Assembly (NCBI GenBank): GCA_963703315.1
Contig: OY969811.1
Location: 1,024,001-1,088,000, forward strand
Direction of reading: 5' to 3'
Length of the DNA stretch: 64,000 nucleotides
Source of the DNA: an uncultured cyanobacterium
GTDB taxonomy: Bacteria; Cyanobacteriota; Cyanobacteriia; Pseudanabaenales; Pseudanabaenaceae
Part shown: in pieces, positions 1 to 9,669 of the stretch
Layout: each line of letters opens with the position of its first letter
Numbering within the stretch: position 1 is the first letter of the stretch
Notes under the pieces: generated by a model
What the model was told of the DNA's origin: nothing
The model's database searches: none
What the model saw: the letters and a program-made list of their open reading frames with translations, nothing else
Position numbers and translations under genes: made by a program

Positions 1-460
1 ACTCAGAAAAAATATCTGCCCATTCAGGTAGAGCGCGAGGATTTGTAAATTCTATATTTTTTAAGTTGGCTAAGCTCTGTTGGTAATTAGGAGGTAAAGA
101 TTTTTCTCGATTACTAGGTGATAGATCGGCGATCGCAGCGCTAATTCCTCCACGTCCTCCTACAATATCTGCCCCAAAAATTGGTAAGGCATACTCAGGA
201 TTGGGGAACATGACACAATGCAAAATATCTAAGCCATTACCCACCTGAGCTAGCTCTAGATGCAGCTTGCGAAATTGCTTGGTTTGATAACAACAATTTT
301 CAATTACTAACTTCTCTCCCTCTAAATGCCCTTCAATGTAGCCTAAGCCTTCTGGGATAATATATGGCTCAAGACTTAGATGATTTTTCCAAATTTCTTC
401 AATGGAGTTAGCTAGTTTCTGAATTAAATGATGTTGGCGAGTTCGCAATGATGATGACAT
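1..460 (-). CDS. pcyA: Phycocyanobilin:ferredoxin oxidoreductase, 5' part (runs off the window edge; not in ORF track)
   Basis: Manual translation from ATG at 460: [17 protein letters not shown]...[63 protein letters not shown], characteristic PcyA motifs. Confidence 0.93.
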   Translation of the reverse strand, partial: MSSSLRTRQHHLIQKLANSIEEIWKNHLSLEPYIIPEGLGYIEGHLEGEKLVIENCCYQTKQFRKLHLELAQVGNGLDILHCVMFPNPEYALPIFGADIVGGRGGISAAIADLSPSNREKSLPPNYQQSLANLKNIEFTNPRALPEWADIFSE

Positions 461-1055
461 AAAACTTTTTATCTAAAATCAACTAAATAAACTAATAAAT
501 TAAAGGGAGAAACAATATATTTGCTTTGTTAGTAAGTATTCCTAGTTTTGAATATCGTCTAAAAAAGCTTCAATGCTTCAATTAGACAATCAAAATAAGG
601 TACTAATGCAGTTTGCTGCTCTAGCTGTAGTCGCTTGAGACTGTCGATTTTGATGCTTGTTAAACCAAGAATCATAGCATCAAGAGGTACTTGTAGCTCT
701 TGGTAAAGTTGCTGCATCAGCGATTCTAATCATTGCATCTTTAGTTTTTCATGCCTAGACCCTTAGCTGAGATTCATGAAATGTAATGGTAAATGGCACT
801 GGTCAGTTAATTATGGTTCTCGCCAACGCGAGTATAGACTTCATCTCGATGGTCATATCTGAACCTGCGGGGGCAGTGAGATTCCATTGCTGAGTCTTTG
901 CATAAATTGACCAATGCCCTATTTGAAAAAATTAGGCAAAAAACGGCTTGATATAGCACATCTCTATATTGTTAATCTGTCACTATTCTTTTGAGGTATG
1001 AAAAGCTGTATATTGGCTAAAGTGACACATTTATAGATAAAAAACTTAAAAAGCC

Positions 1056-2123
1056 TTGATAGCAACTCCCGTTAAACCAACGACAAGACGACCTGTATTT
1101 CCTTTCACCGCCGTGATCGGACAGGAAGAGATGAAGCTCGCCCTGTTGCTCAACGTCATCGATCCGAAAATCGGTGGAGTAATGGTCATGGGCGATCGCG
1201 GTACAGGCAAATCCACCACTGTTCGCGCCCTAGCCGACCTCCTACCCGAAATTGAAGTTGTCGCTGATGATCCCTTTAGCAGCCATCCCACTGACGGAGA
1301 CCTGCAAAGTGAAGAAGTTCGCCAACGCATTGCCAATGGCGAAAAGCTACCAGTTACCACCAAACAAGTAATCATGGTGGACTTGCCCCTCGGTGCAACC
1401 GAAGACCGTGTGTGCGGCACAATTGACATCGAAAAAGCACTATCCGAAGGGGTGAAAGCTTTTGAAGTCGGACTACTTGCCAAGGCAAATCGAGGCATTC
1501 TCTACATTGATGAAGTCAATCTCCTTGACGACCATCTCGTCGATGTGTTGTTAGACTCCGCCGCATCTGGTTGGAATACCGTTGAACGTGAAGGGATTTC
1601 CATCCGTCACCCTGCTCGCTTCGTCCTAGTTGGTTCAGGCAACCCTGAAGAAGGCGAGTTACGTCCACAATTGCTCGATCGCTTCGGTATGTATGCCGAA
1701 ATTAAGACTGCGCGAGATCCTGAATTGCGTTTACAAATAGTCGAAAATCGCACCACCTTTGATAACAATCCCCACGGGTTTCTATCTGAAAAGTCTGAGC
1801 AACAATCCGAAAAGCAAAATCAAATCGTGAGAGCGCAGACTATTCTCAATGATGTCAATATCGATCGCGATCTACGTCTCAAAATCTCCACAGTTTGCGC
1901 TGACTTGAATATTGATGGTTTGCGTGGTGATATTGTGACCACCCGTGCAGCTAAGGCTTATGCAGCTTCGGAAGGTCGGAAAGAAGTCGAAGTAGATGAT
2001 ATCAAAGCCGTAATTGGTCTCTGCCTACGTCACCGTCTTCGCAAAGATCCTCTTGAATCCATTGATTCTGGCTACAAAGTTCTCAAAACCTTCAATCAAG
2101 TATTTGGTATTGAGGAAGAATAG
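1056..2123 (+). CDS. chlI: Magnesium chelatase ATPase subunit I
   Basis: FPFTAVIGQEEMKLAL, GDRGTGKST Walker A, ATEDRVCGTIDIEKAL, LRHRLRKDPLESIDSG. Confidence 0.97.
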   Translation: MIATPVKPTTRRPVFPFTAVIGQEEMKLALLLNVIDPKIGGVMVMGDRGTGKSTTVRALADLLPEIEVVADDPFSSHPTDGDLQSEEVRQRIANGEKLPVTTKQVIMVDLPLGATEDRVCGTIDIEKALSEGVKAFEVGLLAKANRGILYIDEVNLLDDHLVDVLLDSAASGWNTVEREGISIRHPARFVLVGSGNPEEGELRPQLLDRFGMYAEIKTARDPELRLQIVENRTTFDNNPHGFLSEKSEQQSEKQNQIVRAQTILNDVNIDRDLRLKISTVCADLNIDGLRGDIVTTRAAKAYAASEGRKEVEVDDIKAVIGLCLRHRLRKDPLESIDSGYKVLKTFNQVFGIEEE

Positions 2124-2131
2124 AAGTTATT

Positions 2132-2158
2132 GGGGGGCAATTTATGAATTGTCCCTAC
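2132..2158. repeat. REP-like short palindrome (GGGGCAATTTATGAATTGTCCCTAC); a partial copy lies at ~11819
   Basis: Imperfect inverted repeat just after the chlI stop; resembles GTAGGGGC...GCCCCTAC-type cyanobacterial palindromes. Confidence 0.5.
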
Positions 2159-2245
2159 TTCTTAAAACGCCTGAAGCAAGTTGTGGCAAGAATCGCCATA
2201 ACTTGCTTCTGTTTTTTGTCATCACAAGACTAGCGACAGCTATAT

Positions 2246-2530
2246 ATGGAAGAATATAGATGGAATGATGAGAAAAATAGGTATTTACGGCAAACAAGAA
2301 ATATTTCTTTTGAGGATATAGTCGAAGCCATTGAAAATGGTCAGATACTTGGAATAGTTGGAACATCAAGTCTAGAAAAGTATCCAAATCAGTCTGTTAT
2401 AATTGTTAGAATTAAAGACTACGTTTATTGTGTTCCTTTTATCAAAGATGGCTCTGTAACTTTTTTAAAGACTATTTTTCCTAGTCGAAAAATGAAAAAA
2501 AGATTTCTAGGAGATCAAGAGGATGAATAA
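2246..2530 (+). CDS. BrnT/DUF497-like toxin
   Basis: WNDEKN...RNISFEDI...YPNQ...LKTIFPSRK pattern; overlaps the downstream small ORF. Confidence 0.75.
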   Translation: MEEYRWNDEKNRYLRQTRNISFEDIVEAIENGQILGIVGTSSLEKYPNQSVIIVRIKDYVYCVPFIKDGSVTFLKTIFPSRKMKKRFLGDQEDE

Positions 2531-2840
2531 CTTGAACTTTGACAATATGAATATTGATGAACTTACTATCTCTCTCCAGTTAGATCAAGAAGAACGGGAT
2601 TTACTAGAAAGTATAGAAAATAATGAATGGGTCAGTATTCTTGATGAAAAAGAAGAAATAAAACGTTTACAGGAAATGGCTATAAGTCAGATGGCTAGAC
2701 AAAAGATCGAAGTTCAGATGTCAATACAGGATACTGATAAGATCAATGGTTTGGCTAATCAACTTGGTAAATCTGTATCTAGTTTTGCTCAAGATATTCT
2801 TCATAAATATTTGAAAGGTGAACTAGTCGAGAAAACGTAG
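2523..2840 (+). CDS. Putative antitoxin with CopG/RHH-like C-terminus
   Basis: LDQEERDLLESIENNEW N-terminal part and ILHKYLKGEL C-terminus; 8-nt overlap with the toxin gene. Confidence 0.65.
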   Translation: MNNLNFDNMNIDELTISLQLDQEERDLLESIENNEWVSILDEKEEIKRLQEMAISQMARQKIEVQMSIQDTDKINGLANQLGKSVSSFAQDILHKYLKGELVEKT

Positions 2841-2842
2841 TT

Positions 2843-2957
2843 TATAGCAAAGCAAGAGTTGGTTAGTCCAAACTAAAACCCAAGAAGCGAGTTGCGGCGC
2901 GGAGCGCCGCAACTCGCCTTCTGGTTTTGTGTCCTAAGCAAAACTTTTTTTGCTATA
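2843..2957. mobile_element. MITE-like element with TATAGC...GCTATA ends and a central GC-rich hairpin
   Basis: Core GAAGCGAGTTGCGGCGC-GGA-GCGCCGCAACTCGCCTTC; related copies at 5666, 14043, 14208, 26684, 53688 and 62249. Confidence 0.75.
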
Positions 2958-2980
2958 CAAAATACTTGTGTTTAGTCTTG

Positions 2981-3991
2981 TCAAGAAAAATGCTGAAAAG
3001 CCGATCGCATTTCTAATCCATCAATTTGATCGCCTTCGATAATTTCACCAATAATTGCGGCATTAGGCAATTGATGAACAAAGGCTTCTGCTAATTTCAA
3101 GGGCATACATAAAACCAATTCAAAGTCTTCACCACCATATAAGACCCAATCTAAGGCGCGATCGCCTGCTAAAGTTCTGACGGCTTGATGAATTGGTAGC
3201 GATCGCCAAAATATTTTGGCTCCAACTTTACTGGCTCGACAAATTTGGATGATCGCATCGGCGAGTCCATCACTACTATCCATTCCTGCGATGGGAAAAG
3301 CACCTAGGTGATTATGTTGTTTGAGAAGTTGATGCAAAAGGGCGATCGCATCAAAACGGGGAATTGGTCGCTGATGACAACGACAAATTGCTTTTACTAA
3401 TTCTTCACCAGCGACAATACGGTTACCAATTCTTAATGGAGCTAATAGCTTCTCTTTTAAGTTTTGATTAAATAGAATTTCTAAACCTGCTCTGGAAAGT
3501 CCATGTTTTCCTGTTATCACAATCACATCACCAACTCGCGCCGTATGTCTTTGCATGACTTGATTTTGATGAACTTGTCCAAATGCTGTCACCGAGAAAG
3601 TGCGAATTGGCGATCGCACCGTATCACCACCAACTAATTCTGTACCGTAGGTTTGTAAACATTCACTAAAGCCCCGATATACACCTTCAATCCAGCTAAT
3701 TTCTGTATCAGGTGGCAATCCTACCGACATGACTAAACCCCAAGGCTTTGCCCCCATTGCTGCCAAATCTGATAAGTTTACAGCCGCTGCTCGCCAACCG
3801 ACATCTTCAGGACTAGTAGTGCGATCGCTAAAATGCACACCATCGATCAACATATCGGTAGTCACGACTATCTGATGCTCGGACAAAGTTGCCCCCATCA
3901 CCGCCGCATCATCACCGACCACCTCACTACAATATTGCCGAAATATTTTCAGCAATCCTTGCTCACCTAAATTTTTGATCGTTTTTGTCAT
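2981..3991 (-). CDS. thiL: Thiamine-monophosphate kinase
   Basis: GDDAAV, DMLIDGVHF, AAAVNLSDLAAMGA, DSSDGL, GGEDFELV. Confidence 0.96.
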   Translation of the reverse strand: MTKTIKNLGEQGLLKIFRQYCSEVVGDDAAVMGATLSEHQIVVTTDMLIDGVHFSDRTTSPEDVGWRAAAVNLSDLAAMGAKPWGLVMSVGLPPDTEISWIEGVYRGFSECLQTYGTELVGGDTVRSPIRTFSVTAFGQVHQNQVMQRHTARVGDVIVITGKHGLSRAGLEILFNQNLKEKLLAPLRIGNRIVAGEELVKAICRCHQRPIPRFDAIALLHQLLKQHNHLGAFPIAGMDSSDGLADAIIQICRASKVGAKIFWRSLPIHQAVRTLAGDRALDWVLYGGEDFELVLCMPLKLAEAFVHQLPNAAIIGEIIEGDQIDGLEMRSAFQHFS

Positions 3992-4030
3992 CTGTAGAGA
4001 CTGATAGCACTGAGTATCCTCTTAAGAAAA

Positions 4031-4237
4031 TTAAGAAGACTGCTCCAGTTTTTGTTTAATTAAACTTTCAATTTCTGGAAGATCAGCTATTGACTGAGGC
4101 ATAGCAAAGGTTGCTGGTGATGCACTCACTGTAAAGCGATCAACAAATATCCGAAATGCGTCTTTGTCACTGGGATGAGCAATGACATAAGCGCGTAACT
4201 CTTTCTTAGTCATTGTGTTGAAATCGAGCTTAATCAC
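4031..4237 (-). CDS. Small cyanobacterial protein, DUF6887-like (probable GTG start at 4237)
   Basis: MTKKELRAYVIAHPSDKDAF motif; GTGA overlap with the upstream ORF. Confidence 0.6.
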   Translation of the reverse strand: MIKLDFNTMTKKELRAYVIAHPSDKDAFRIFVDRFTVSASPATFAMPQSIADLPEIESLIKQKLEQSS

Positions 4238-4407
4238 AAAAACCTCCAAAGACCATTCCGATAAATTTCTATTTCTATATTATCGCCAGCCAGTATGAAT
4301 ATATTGCCTGTCCGTTCATCTAGACGTAATAGGAAAATGGGAGTAAAAGTGTTTGTCAAAGATTGGCATAATATGACACATATAATGCTTTGTTCGGAAG
4401 TGGGCAA
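4234..4407 (-). CDS. 57-aa small protein, DUF6888-like (missing from ORF track)
   Basis: Manual translation from TTG: MPTSEQSIICVILCQSLTNTFTPIFLLRLDERTGNIFILAGDNIEIEIYRNGLWRFL*; translationally coupled to the downstream gene. Confidence 0.6.
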   Translation of the reverse strand: MPTSEQSIICVILCQSLTNTFTPIFLLRLDERTGNIFILAGDNIEIEIYRNGLWRFL

Positions 4408-4430
4408 AATTGATAAACCTCATGAGATTT

Positions 4431-4467
4431 AAATGTAGAAAGTGACCTAAGCTCACTTTCTACATTT
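4431..4467. terminator. Hairpin downstream of argC (probable terminator)
   Basis: 15-bp perfect stem AAATGTAGAAAGTGA / TCACTTTCTACATTT with a 7-nt loop. Confidence 0.6.
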
Positions 4468-4480
4468 GGTAATTAATACT

Positions 4481-5539
4481 TTAAGGATAGAAAGTGAGCT
4501 TAGGTAAAGCTAATGACTCTTCCCAACCCATCATGATGTTCATACATTGCACCGCTTGGGCGGCTTGACCTTTCATCAGGTTATCGATCGCTGAAACTAC
4601 GATTACACGTCCTGTCCGCTCATCAACCTCCACACCCAGATAACAGAGATTTGTGCCTAGCGCCCATTTCGTCTGCGGGAAGATATTTTTTGGTAAAACC
4701 TGCACCCATTCGGAATTGCGATAAAAAGATTTGTAAATAGTTAACACATCTTCCTTAACCAGTCCGGGGTCACGCAATTTGGCATATACCGTTGAAAGAA
4801 TGCCACGAATCATCGGGATCAGATGTGGTGTGAATTGCACTAATACCTCTTGTCCAGCCAGATCACTGCAAATTTGTTCAATCTCAGGGGTATGTCGATG
4901 ACTAGCAATACCATAAGCTGCGAGAGAGCCATCAGCTTCGGCGAGTAATAGGTTAGTTTTGGGTTGACGACCACCACCCGATGTACCTGATTTTGCATCA
5001 ATGATAATCGTACTAGGCTCAACTAAGCCCTGTTTGAGCAATGGCTGTAACGCTAGCAAACTTGCCGTAGGATAGCAACCTGCACAACCTACAAGATCAG
5101 CAGTGGCAATGCGATCGCGATAAATTTCTGGTAAGCCATATACAGCTTTGGCATTAACCTCAGCATCAGTACGCGCCTCCTTATACCAAGATTCATAAAC
5201 TTGCAGATCGGTGAATCGATAATCGGCGGAAAGATCAAGCACTTTACATCCCTTAGCGAGTAACCGTGGTGCAATTTTGCTAGCAAGACCATTAGGCAGG
5301 GATAAAAAGACGATTTTGGCGCGATCGGCGATCGCTTCAGGCTCCAGATTTTCGATTGGTAAATTCACTGCATGGGCGATATGCGGATAGAGATCAGCAA
5401 AATTTTGCCCGACAGAACCACTCCCACCCATATAGGTAATATCCACCAATGGATGCTCTAGTAGCAATCGCACCAACTGGATACCACCATAACCCGATGC
5501 ACCAATAATACCTACGGGGACGCGATTCTGTGCGCTCAT
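4481..5539 (-). CDS. argC: N-acetyl-gamma-glutamyl-phosphate reductase
   Basis: [43 protein letters not shown]. Confidence 0.97.
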   Translation of the reverse strand: MSAQNRVPVGIIGASGYGGIQLVRLLLEHPLVDITYMGGSGSVGQNFADLYPHIAHAVNLPIENLEPEAIADRAKIVFLSLPNGLASKIAPRLLAKGCKVLDLSADYRFTDLQVYESWYKEARTDAEVNAKAVYGLPEIYRDRIATADLVGCAGCYPTASLLALQPLLKQGLVEPSTIIIDAKSGTSGGGRQPKTNLLLAEADGSLAAYGIASHRHTPEIEQICSDLAGQEVLVQFTPHLIPMIRGILSTVYAKLRDPGLVKEDVLTIYKSFYRNSEWVQVLPKNIFPQTKWALGTNLCYLGVEVDERTGRVIVVSAIDNLMKGQAAQAVQCMNIMMGWEESLALPKLTFYP

Positions 5540-5665
5540 AAACTTACTCCACCAAAATATTGAAAATACTCATGGAAAATGCTTTCCGAGTTTGCGAAAA
5601 CAACTTAGCATAAGCTAGGTGTCTAAACTCAATTCGTGCCTTAAAGCACTATGTTTTTATAGCAA

Positions 5666-5766
5666 TATAGCTGTCGCCATTTGTATTAAAACAAATCAAA
5701 ACCCAAGAAGTGAGTTGCGCCGCGAAGCGGCGCAACTCACTTCTTGGGTTCTGACTGGTGACAGCG
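5666..5766. mobile_element. MITE-like hairpin element with IS630-like ends
   Basis: TAGCTGTCGCCA...TGGTGACAGC ends around the core AACCCAAGAAGTGAGTTGCGCCGC-GAA-GCGGCGCAACTCACTTCTTGGGTT. Confidence 0.7.
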
Positions 5767-6408
5767 ATCGCAAAAAATTTGTGGCAGAGAACTAGAATCA
5801 ATTTTTGTGGCGCGACAAAGCTGCACCACAAAAAATTAGTTTTTTCAAGATATTATTCTCAAACCAAAAAATAATGATGTAATAAGTCTCCCTATATCTA
5901 TTTTGAGTTTAAGAAATCACCTATGTGGGTGAAGAAGTATATCTTTAATTAGTGTGACATTTAGATAAAATGAACATTCAAAAATAATGTCTTACCATGC
6001 ATATCCTCACGATATACAGTATTTTTGTAATTAAAAAATTAGCCTGCCATCAATTTGCAGACTTCGTGGAATAACTAAATAACTTTGAGCGAAAGCCAAC
6101 CTAAAACAACTGACTAACTTTAATTTCAGTAGAATCCTTATAGATAAGTCAGATATTAGAATCATTCCTTTCATATTTCCATGTATTTACTATATGACTA
6201 TCAATCTATATCGATAGACTTTTGCAAATTGCGATGAAGTTTTTAAAGATATTTTTTTAATTTTGTTGAATATTTTGTTCAATATGTTTAAAAATGTACG
6301 AGAATAAGAAAGTAATTCTATGCGAGTTAAAATCCATAGTTTTGCAGATCTTCTTCTGCTTTTGCAGAGAAGTCTTAGTTTTGAAATATTGAAATTCCTG
6401 ATAATCCT

Positions 6409-6801
6409 ATGACAGACACTGTAACTTCTCCTTTAACAGGAAAGGCGCTTCTTCAAAAAGCGAAAGAGCTAAATAACTTGCCTAAGCGTGAGCAAGCTAA
6501 AAAATGTGGGTATTTCACTCGCGGTAAAGATGGGGTAGACCGCGTTAATTTGACTGAATTTTATGAAGCAGTACTTGCGGCTAGAGGATTTGCGATTAAC
6601 CCTGAACAGAATAAAGATGGGCGCGGTCGTGAACCTACGTTTCGGGTTAGCGTTCATAAAAATGGACAAATTGTCATTGGTTCTACCTATACAAAATCAA
6701 TGGGTTTAAATGAAGGTGATGAGTTTGAAATCAAGCTAGGATACAAGCATATTCACCTGATTCAGTTGAATAATGATCAGGCATCGGAAAGCGAAGAGTA
6801 A
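6409..6801 (+). CDS. Cyanobacterial AbrB-like transcriptional regulator
   Basis: LTGKALLQK, AKKCGYF, RVSVHKNGQIVIGSTYT, GDEFEIKLGYKHIHL; preceded by a long AT-rich upstream region. Confidence 0.88.
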   Translation: MTDTVTSPLTGKALLQKAKELNNLPKREQAKKCGYFTRGKDGVDRVNLTEFYEAVLAARGFAINPEQNKDGRGREPTFRVSVHKNGQIVIGSTYTKSMGLNEGDEFEIKLGYKHIHLIQLNNDQASESEE

Positions 6802-7018
6802 GTAAATATCTAGATTAAATCTCTATTGGATAAGGTCGAAGGTAATATCCTATAGAGTAAAATTTTCGATCTTAAAATCTTAAATTTTCATTATTCAGAG
6901 ATGATTTAATCAGAAATTTTTAGCGAGAAAACTTATACTGATCGTTGGGGGGATAGTTTAGTTTTCTCGCTGTTTTTATTTTGATGTTTTGATGTGTTTG
7001 GATTTCTAGGTTTTTTCT

Positions 7019-7813
7019 ATGCAACTAGTCGATACCCATGTGCATATTAATTTTAAGGACTTTCAGTCTGATCTTGAAGCAGTGCGCGATCGCTGGTTAC
7101 ATAATGGTGTGACTAGACTTGTCCATTCCTGTGTCAGTCCTGATGAGTTTGAGCAAATTCAGGCGATCGCTGATCGATTTCCTGAAGTAAGTTTTGCGGT
7201 TGGTTTGCATCCCTTAGATAAGAATTTGAATACGGCGGGTTGGCATCCTGAAATTGGCGATCGCATCAAGTCTTTGGCGATTAGTGATCAGAGGGTGGTA
7301 GCGATTGGGGAAACGGGTTTAGATTTTTTTAAATCAGATAGTAAAACCGCTCAAATCGAGGCTTTTAAGTCGCAATTAAGAACGGCGCGATCGCTAAACT
7401 TGCCCGTGATTATCCACTCCCGTGAAGCTGCTGTGGCAACTCGTGAAGTTTTGCAAGAAATTAATGCGGAATCACCTGAGCAGTCTATTCGGGGCGTGAT
7501 GCATTGTTGGGCGGGAAATCCTGAAGAAACACAATGGTTTGTGGATTTAGGAATGTATATCAGTTTTAGTGGCGTGGTCACTTTTAAGAATGCCCATGAT
7601 TTGCATGAATCAGCAAAAATTGTACCAAGCGATCGCCTTTTAGTCGAAACAGATTGTCCATTTCTCGCGCCTATCCCCAAGCGCGGCAAGCGTAACGAGC
7701 CAGCTTATGTGCTGCACGTAGCCGAGAGCGTGGCAAAGTTGCGGAATGTGGAGCTAGAAACTTTGGCAACCCAAACAACTAATAATGCTTTTACGTTGTT
7801 TGCGCTTTCTTAA
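7019..7813 (+). CDS. tatD: TatD family hydrolase/DNase
   Basis: [38 protein letters not shown]. Confidence 0.93.
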   Translation: MQLVDTHVHINFKDFQSDLEAVRDRWLHNGVTRLVHSCVSPDEFEQIQAIADRFPEVSFAVGLHPLDKNLNTAGWHPEIGDRIKSLAISDQRVVAIGETGLDFFKSDSKTAQIEAFKSQLRTARSLNLPVIIHSREAAVATREVLQEINAESPEQSIRGVMHCWAGNPEETQWFVDLGMYISFSGVVTFKNAHDLHESAKIVPSDRLLVETDCPFLAPIPKRGKRNEPAYVLHVAESVAKLRNVELETLATQTTNNAFTLFALS

Positions 7814-7826
7814 TTTTTGTTCACCC

Positions 7827-7875
7827 AAACCTAAAGAAGAAAGGAGCGCAAAGCGCTCCTTTCTTCTTTAGGTTT
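7827..7875. repeat. Perfect hairpin with a GCGC-AAA-GCGC core (terminator or reduced member of the hairpin repeat family)
   Basis: AAACCTAAAGAAGAAAGGAGCGC-AAA-GCGCTCCTTTCTTCTTTAGGTTT. Confidence 0.65.
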
Positions 7876-7891
7876 GTTATAAAATTAGCTT

Positions 7892-9028
7892 ATGCAAATA
7901 TACCTCGACCATAGTGCGACTACTCCAGTGCGTCCAGAAGTCATCGACTTGATGGCGGAAGTTATGCGATCGCAGTGGGGCAATCCCTCCAGTCTCCATT
8001 GGTGGGGCGAACGATCAACTATGGTGATTGAGCGATCGCGCTTACAAGTAGCAAGTCTGATTAATGCTGATCCTGAGGGAATTATCTTCACTTCAGGCGG
8101 CACAGAGTCCGACAATATGGTGCTGATGGGAATTGCGCGACAATACCGCACACCACAGCATATAGTCATTTCCTCAGTTGAGCATTCCGCCGTACGCTTG
8201 CCCGCCCAGTATTTAGAACAATATGGTTGGGAAATTACTCGTCTGCCCGTAGATCGACAAGGCAGGGTTTCTCCGCAAGATCTAGCGCGATCGCTCCGTC
8301 CCAATACTGTACTTGTATCGATCATCACGGCTCAAAATGAAGTGGGTACGATTCAGCCCGTTGAAAAACTAGGGCAAATTTGCCGTAATGCCGATGTCCT
8401 ATTTCACACTGATGCTGTACAAGCGATCGCCAAAATGCCCATTGATGTGCAAGCGATGCCGATTGACTTGCTCTCTCTGTCAGCCCATAAGTTTTATGGC
8501 ACACAGGGCATCGGAGCGCTGTACATCAATCCTGTAACTACCAAAAAGCGATCGCTGATCCCTTTTCTGCAAGGTGGTGGACAAGAGCGTGGTTATCGGT
8601 CAGGTACACAGGCAGTAGCCGCGATCGCAGGTTTAGGTCTAGCGGCAGAATTTGCCGAAAAAGAATTAGTTTCAGAATCTACACGACTCACTAAATTGCG
8701 CGATCGCTTATACACATTACTCGCCGATATTCCCGATCTCATACCCACAGGCATAATGGGCAACGCGAGATTACCTAACCATCTCAGCTTTTATCACAAA
8801 TCTATCGATGGTCGTCGCCTCGTGCGTGAAATGAATTACGCAGGGATCGCCATTAGTTCTGGTTCTGCTTGTAGTAGTGGTGCGATCGAGCCAAGTCAAA
8901 TTTTATTAGCAATGGGATATTCCCAAGCAGAAGCAAGAAATAGTATCCGCCTTACGCTTGGCAAATCTAACAATGAAGCCGATATTGAATGGACATCCTT
9001 AGCCATCCACCAAATTCTTGGTCGCTAG
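7892..9028 (+). CDS. Cysteine desulfurase (IscS/NifS group I)
   Basis: YLDHSATT, GNPSS, TSGGTESDN, HTDAVQ, SAHKFYG, SSGSACSS. Confidence 0.93.
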   Translation: MQIYLDHSATTPVRPEVIDLMAEVMRSQWGNPSSLHWWGERSTMVIERSRLQVASLINADPEGIIFTSGGTESDNMVLMGIARQYRTPQHIVISSVEHSAVRLPAQYLEQYGWEITRLPVDRQGRVSPQDLARSLRPNTVLVSIITAQNEVGTIQPVEKLGQICRNADVLFHTDAVQAIAKMPIDVQAMPIDLLSLSAHKFYGTQGIGALYINPVTTKKRSLIPFLQGGGQERGYRSGTQAVAAIAGLGLAAEFAEKELVSESTRLTKLRDRLYTLLADIPDLIPTGIMGNARLPNHLSFYHKSIDGRRLVREMNYAGIAISSGSACSSGAIEPSQILLAMGYSQAEARNSIRLTLGKSNNEADIEWTSLAIHQILGR

Positions 9029-9030
9029 CC

Positions 9031-9065
9031 ATAAAAAAGTCGGCGCAACGCGCCGACTTTTTTAT
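9031..9065. terminator. Bidirectional terminator between convergent genes
   Basis: ATAAAAAAGTCGGCGC-AAC-GCGCCGACTTTTTTAT. Confidence 0.75.
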
Positions 9066-9451
9066 GGAACCACCAATACAGGACAAGGTGATAGATTAAT
9101 CACTTTTTGACTAACACTACTACCATCAGGATGCTCGTCAGTCAGGCTCATTCCCCGCGAACCCATCACAATTAAGTCTGCATTAATCTCATCAGCAAAG
9201 TCACAAATCACAAAGGCAGCTTTACCGTCAGTAACTTTGGTTTTTACAGAAATGCCCACCTCAGAGAAGTAGGACTCTATTTCCTTGATCAAATTTTGAG
9301 ATGACGCGCGATCGCTTTCGGAAGCATCAGCACTATTCACCGATAGCACATACAACTGCGCCTGATATTTTTGGATGAGATCGATCGCTACAGCTACAGC
9401 TTGGCGGGTTTCTTGGCTTCTGTTTAAAGGAAATAAAACAGTTTTAAACAT
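9062..9451 (-). CDS. Universal stress protein
   Basis: MFKTVLFP, ADLIVMGSRG, SVSQKVINLSPCPVLVVP. Confidence 0.92.
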   Translation of the reverse strand: MFKTVLFPLNRSQETRQAVAVAIDLIQKYQAQLYVLSVNSADASESDRASSQNLIKEIESYFSEVGISVKTKVTDGKAAFVICDFADEINADLIVMGSRGMSLTDEHPDGSSVSQKVINLSPCPVLVVP

Positions 9452-9669
9452 AATTCCTACCTAACACTGCAATTCGGATATTAGATTTTGTATCTGAGAA
9501 AGGGTGATTTTCTGAGATACATTTTAATTTTAATAATCTAGAGGCGATAAAGATTGAAATTTCTTAATTTTTAACATGGCATCACACAGCAAAGCAACAG
9601 ACCTTACTACATCAGTGCTAACATTGCGAGATATATAAAGAAAAAAGTCAAAACGGAAGAAGATTATAG

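Noticed and set aside
559..717. 52-aa minus-strand ORF (MQQLYQELQVPLDAMILG...) faintly like a HisKA helix
   Set aside because: It is short, lacks the conserved His and has no other support.
855..890. Cobalamin riboswitch (CACTGCCCCCGCA on the minus strand)
   Set aside because: Only one short motif matches; the other conserved elements (AGGGAA, GCCACTG, GGAAG) were not found in the right order.
1046..1498. Antisense and alternative-frame ORFs in the track (e.g. 1046-1498, 7885-8328, 9849-10160, 12968-13462, 47996-48382, 51112-51687)
   Set aside because: They are shadows of well-supported genes on the opposite strand or frame and show no recognisable motifs.
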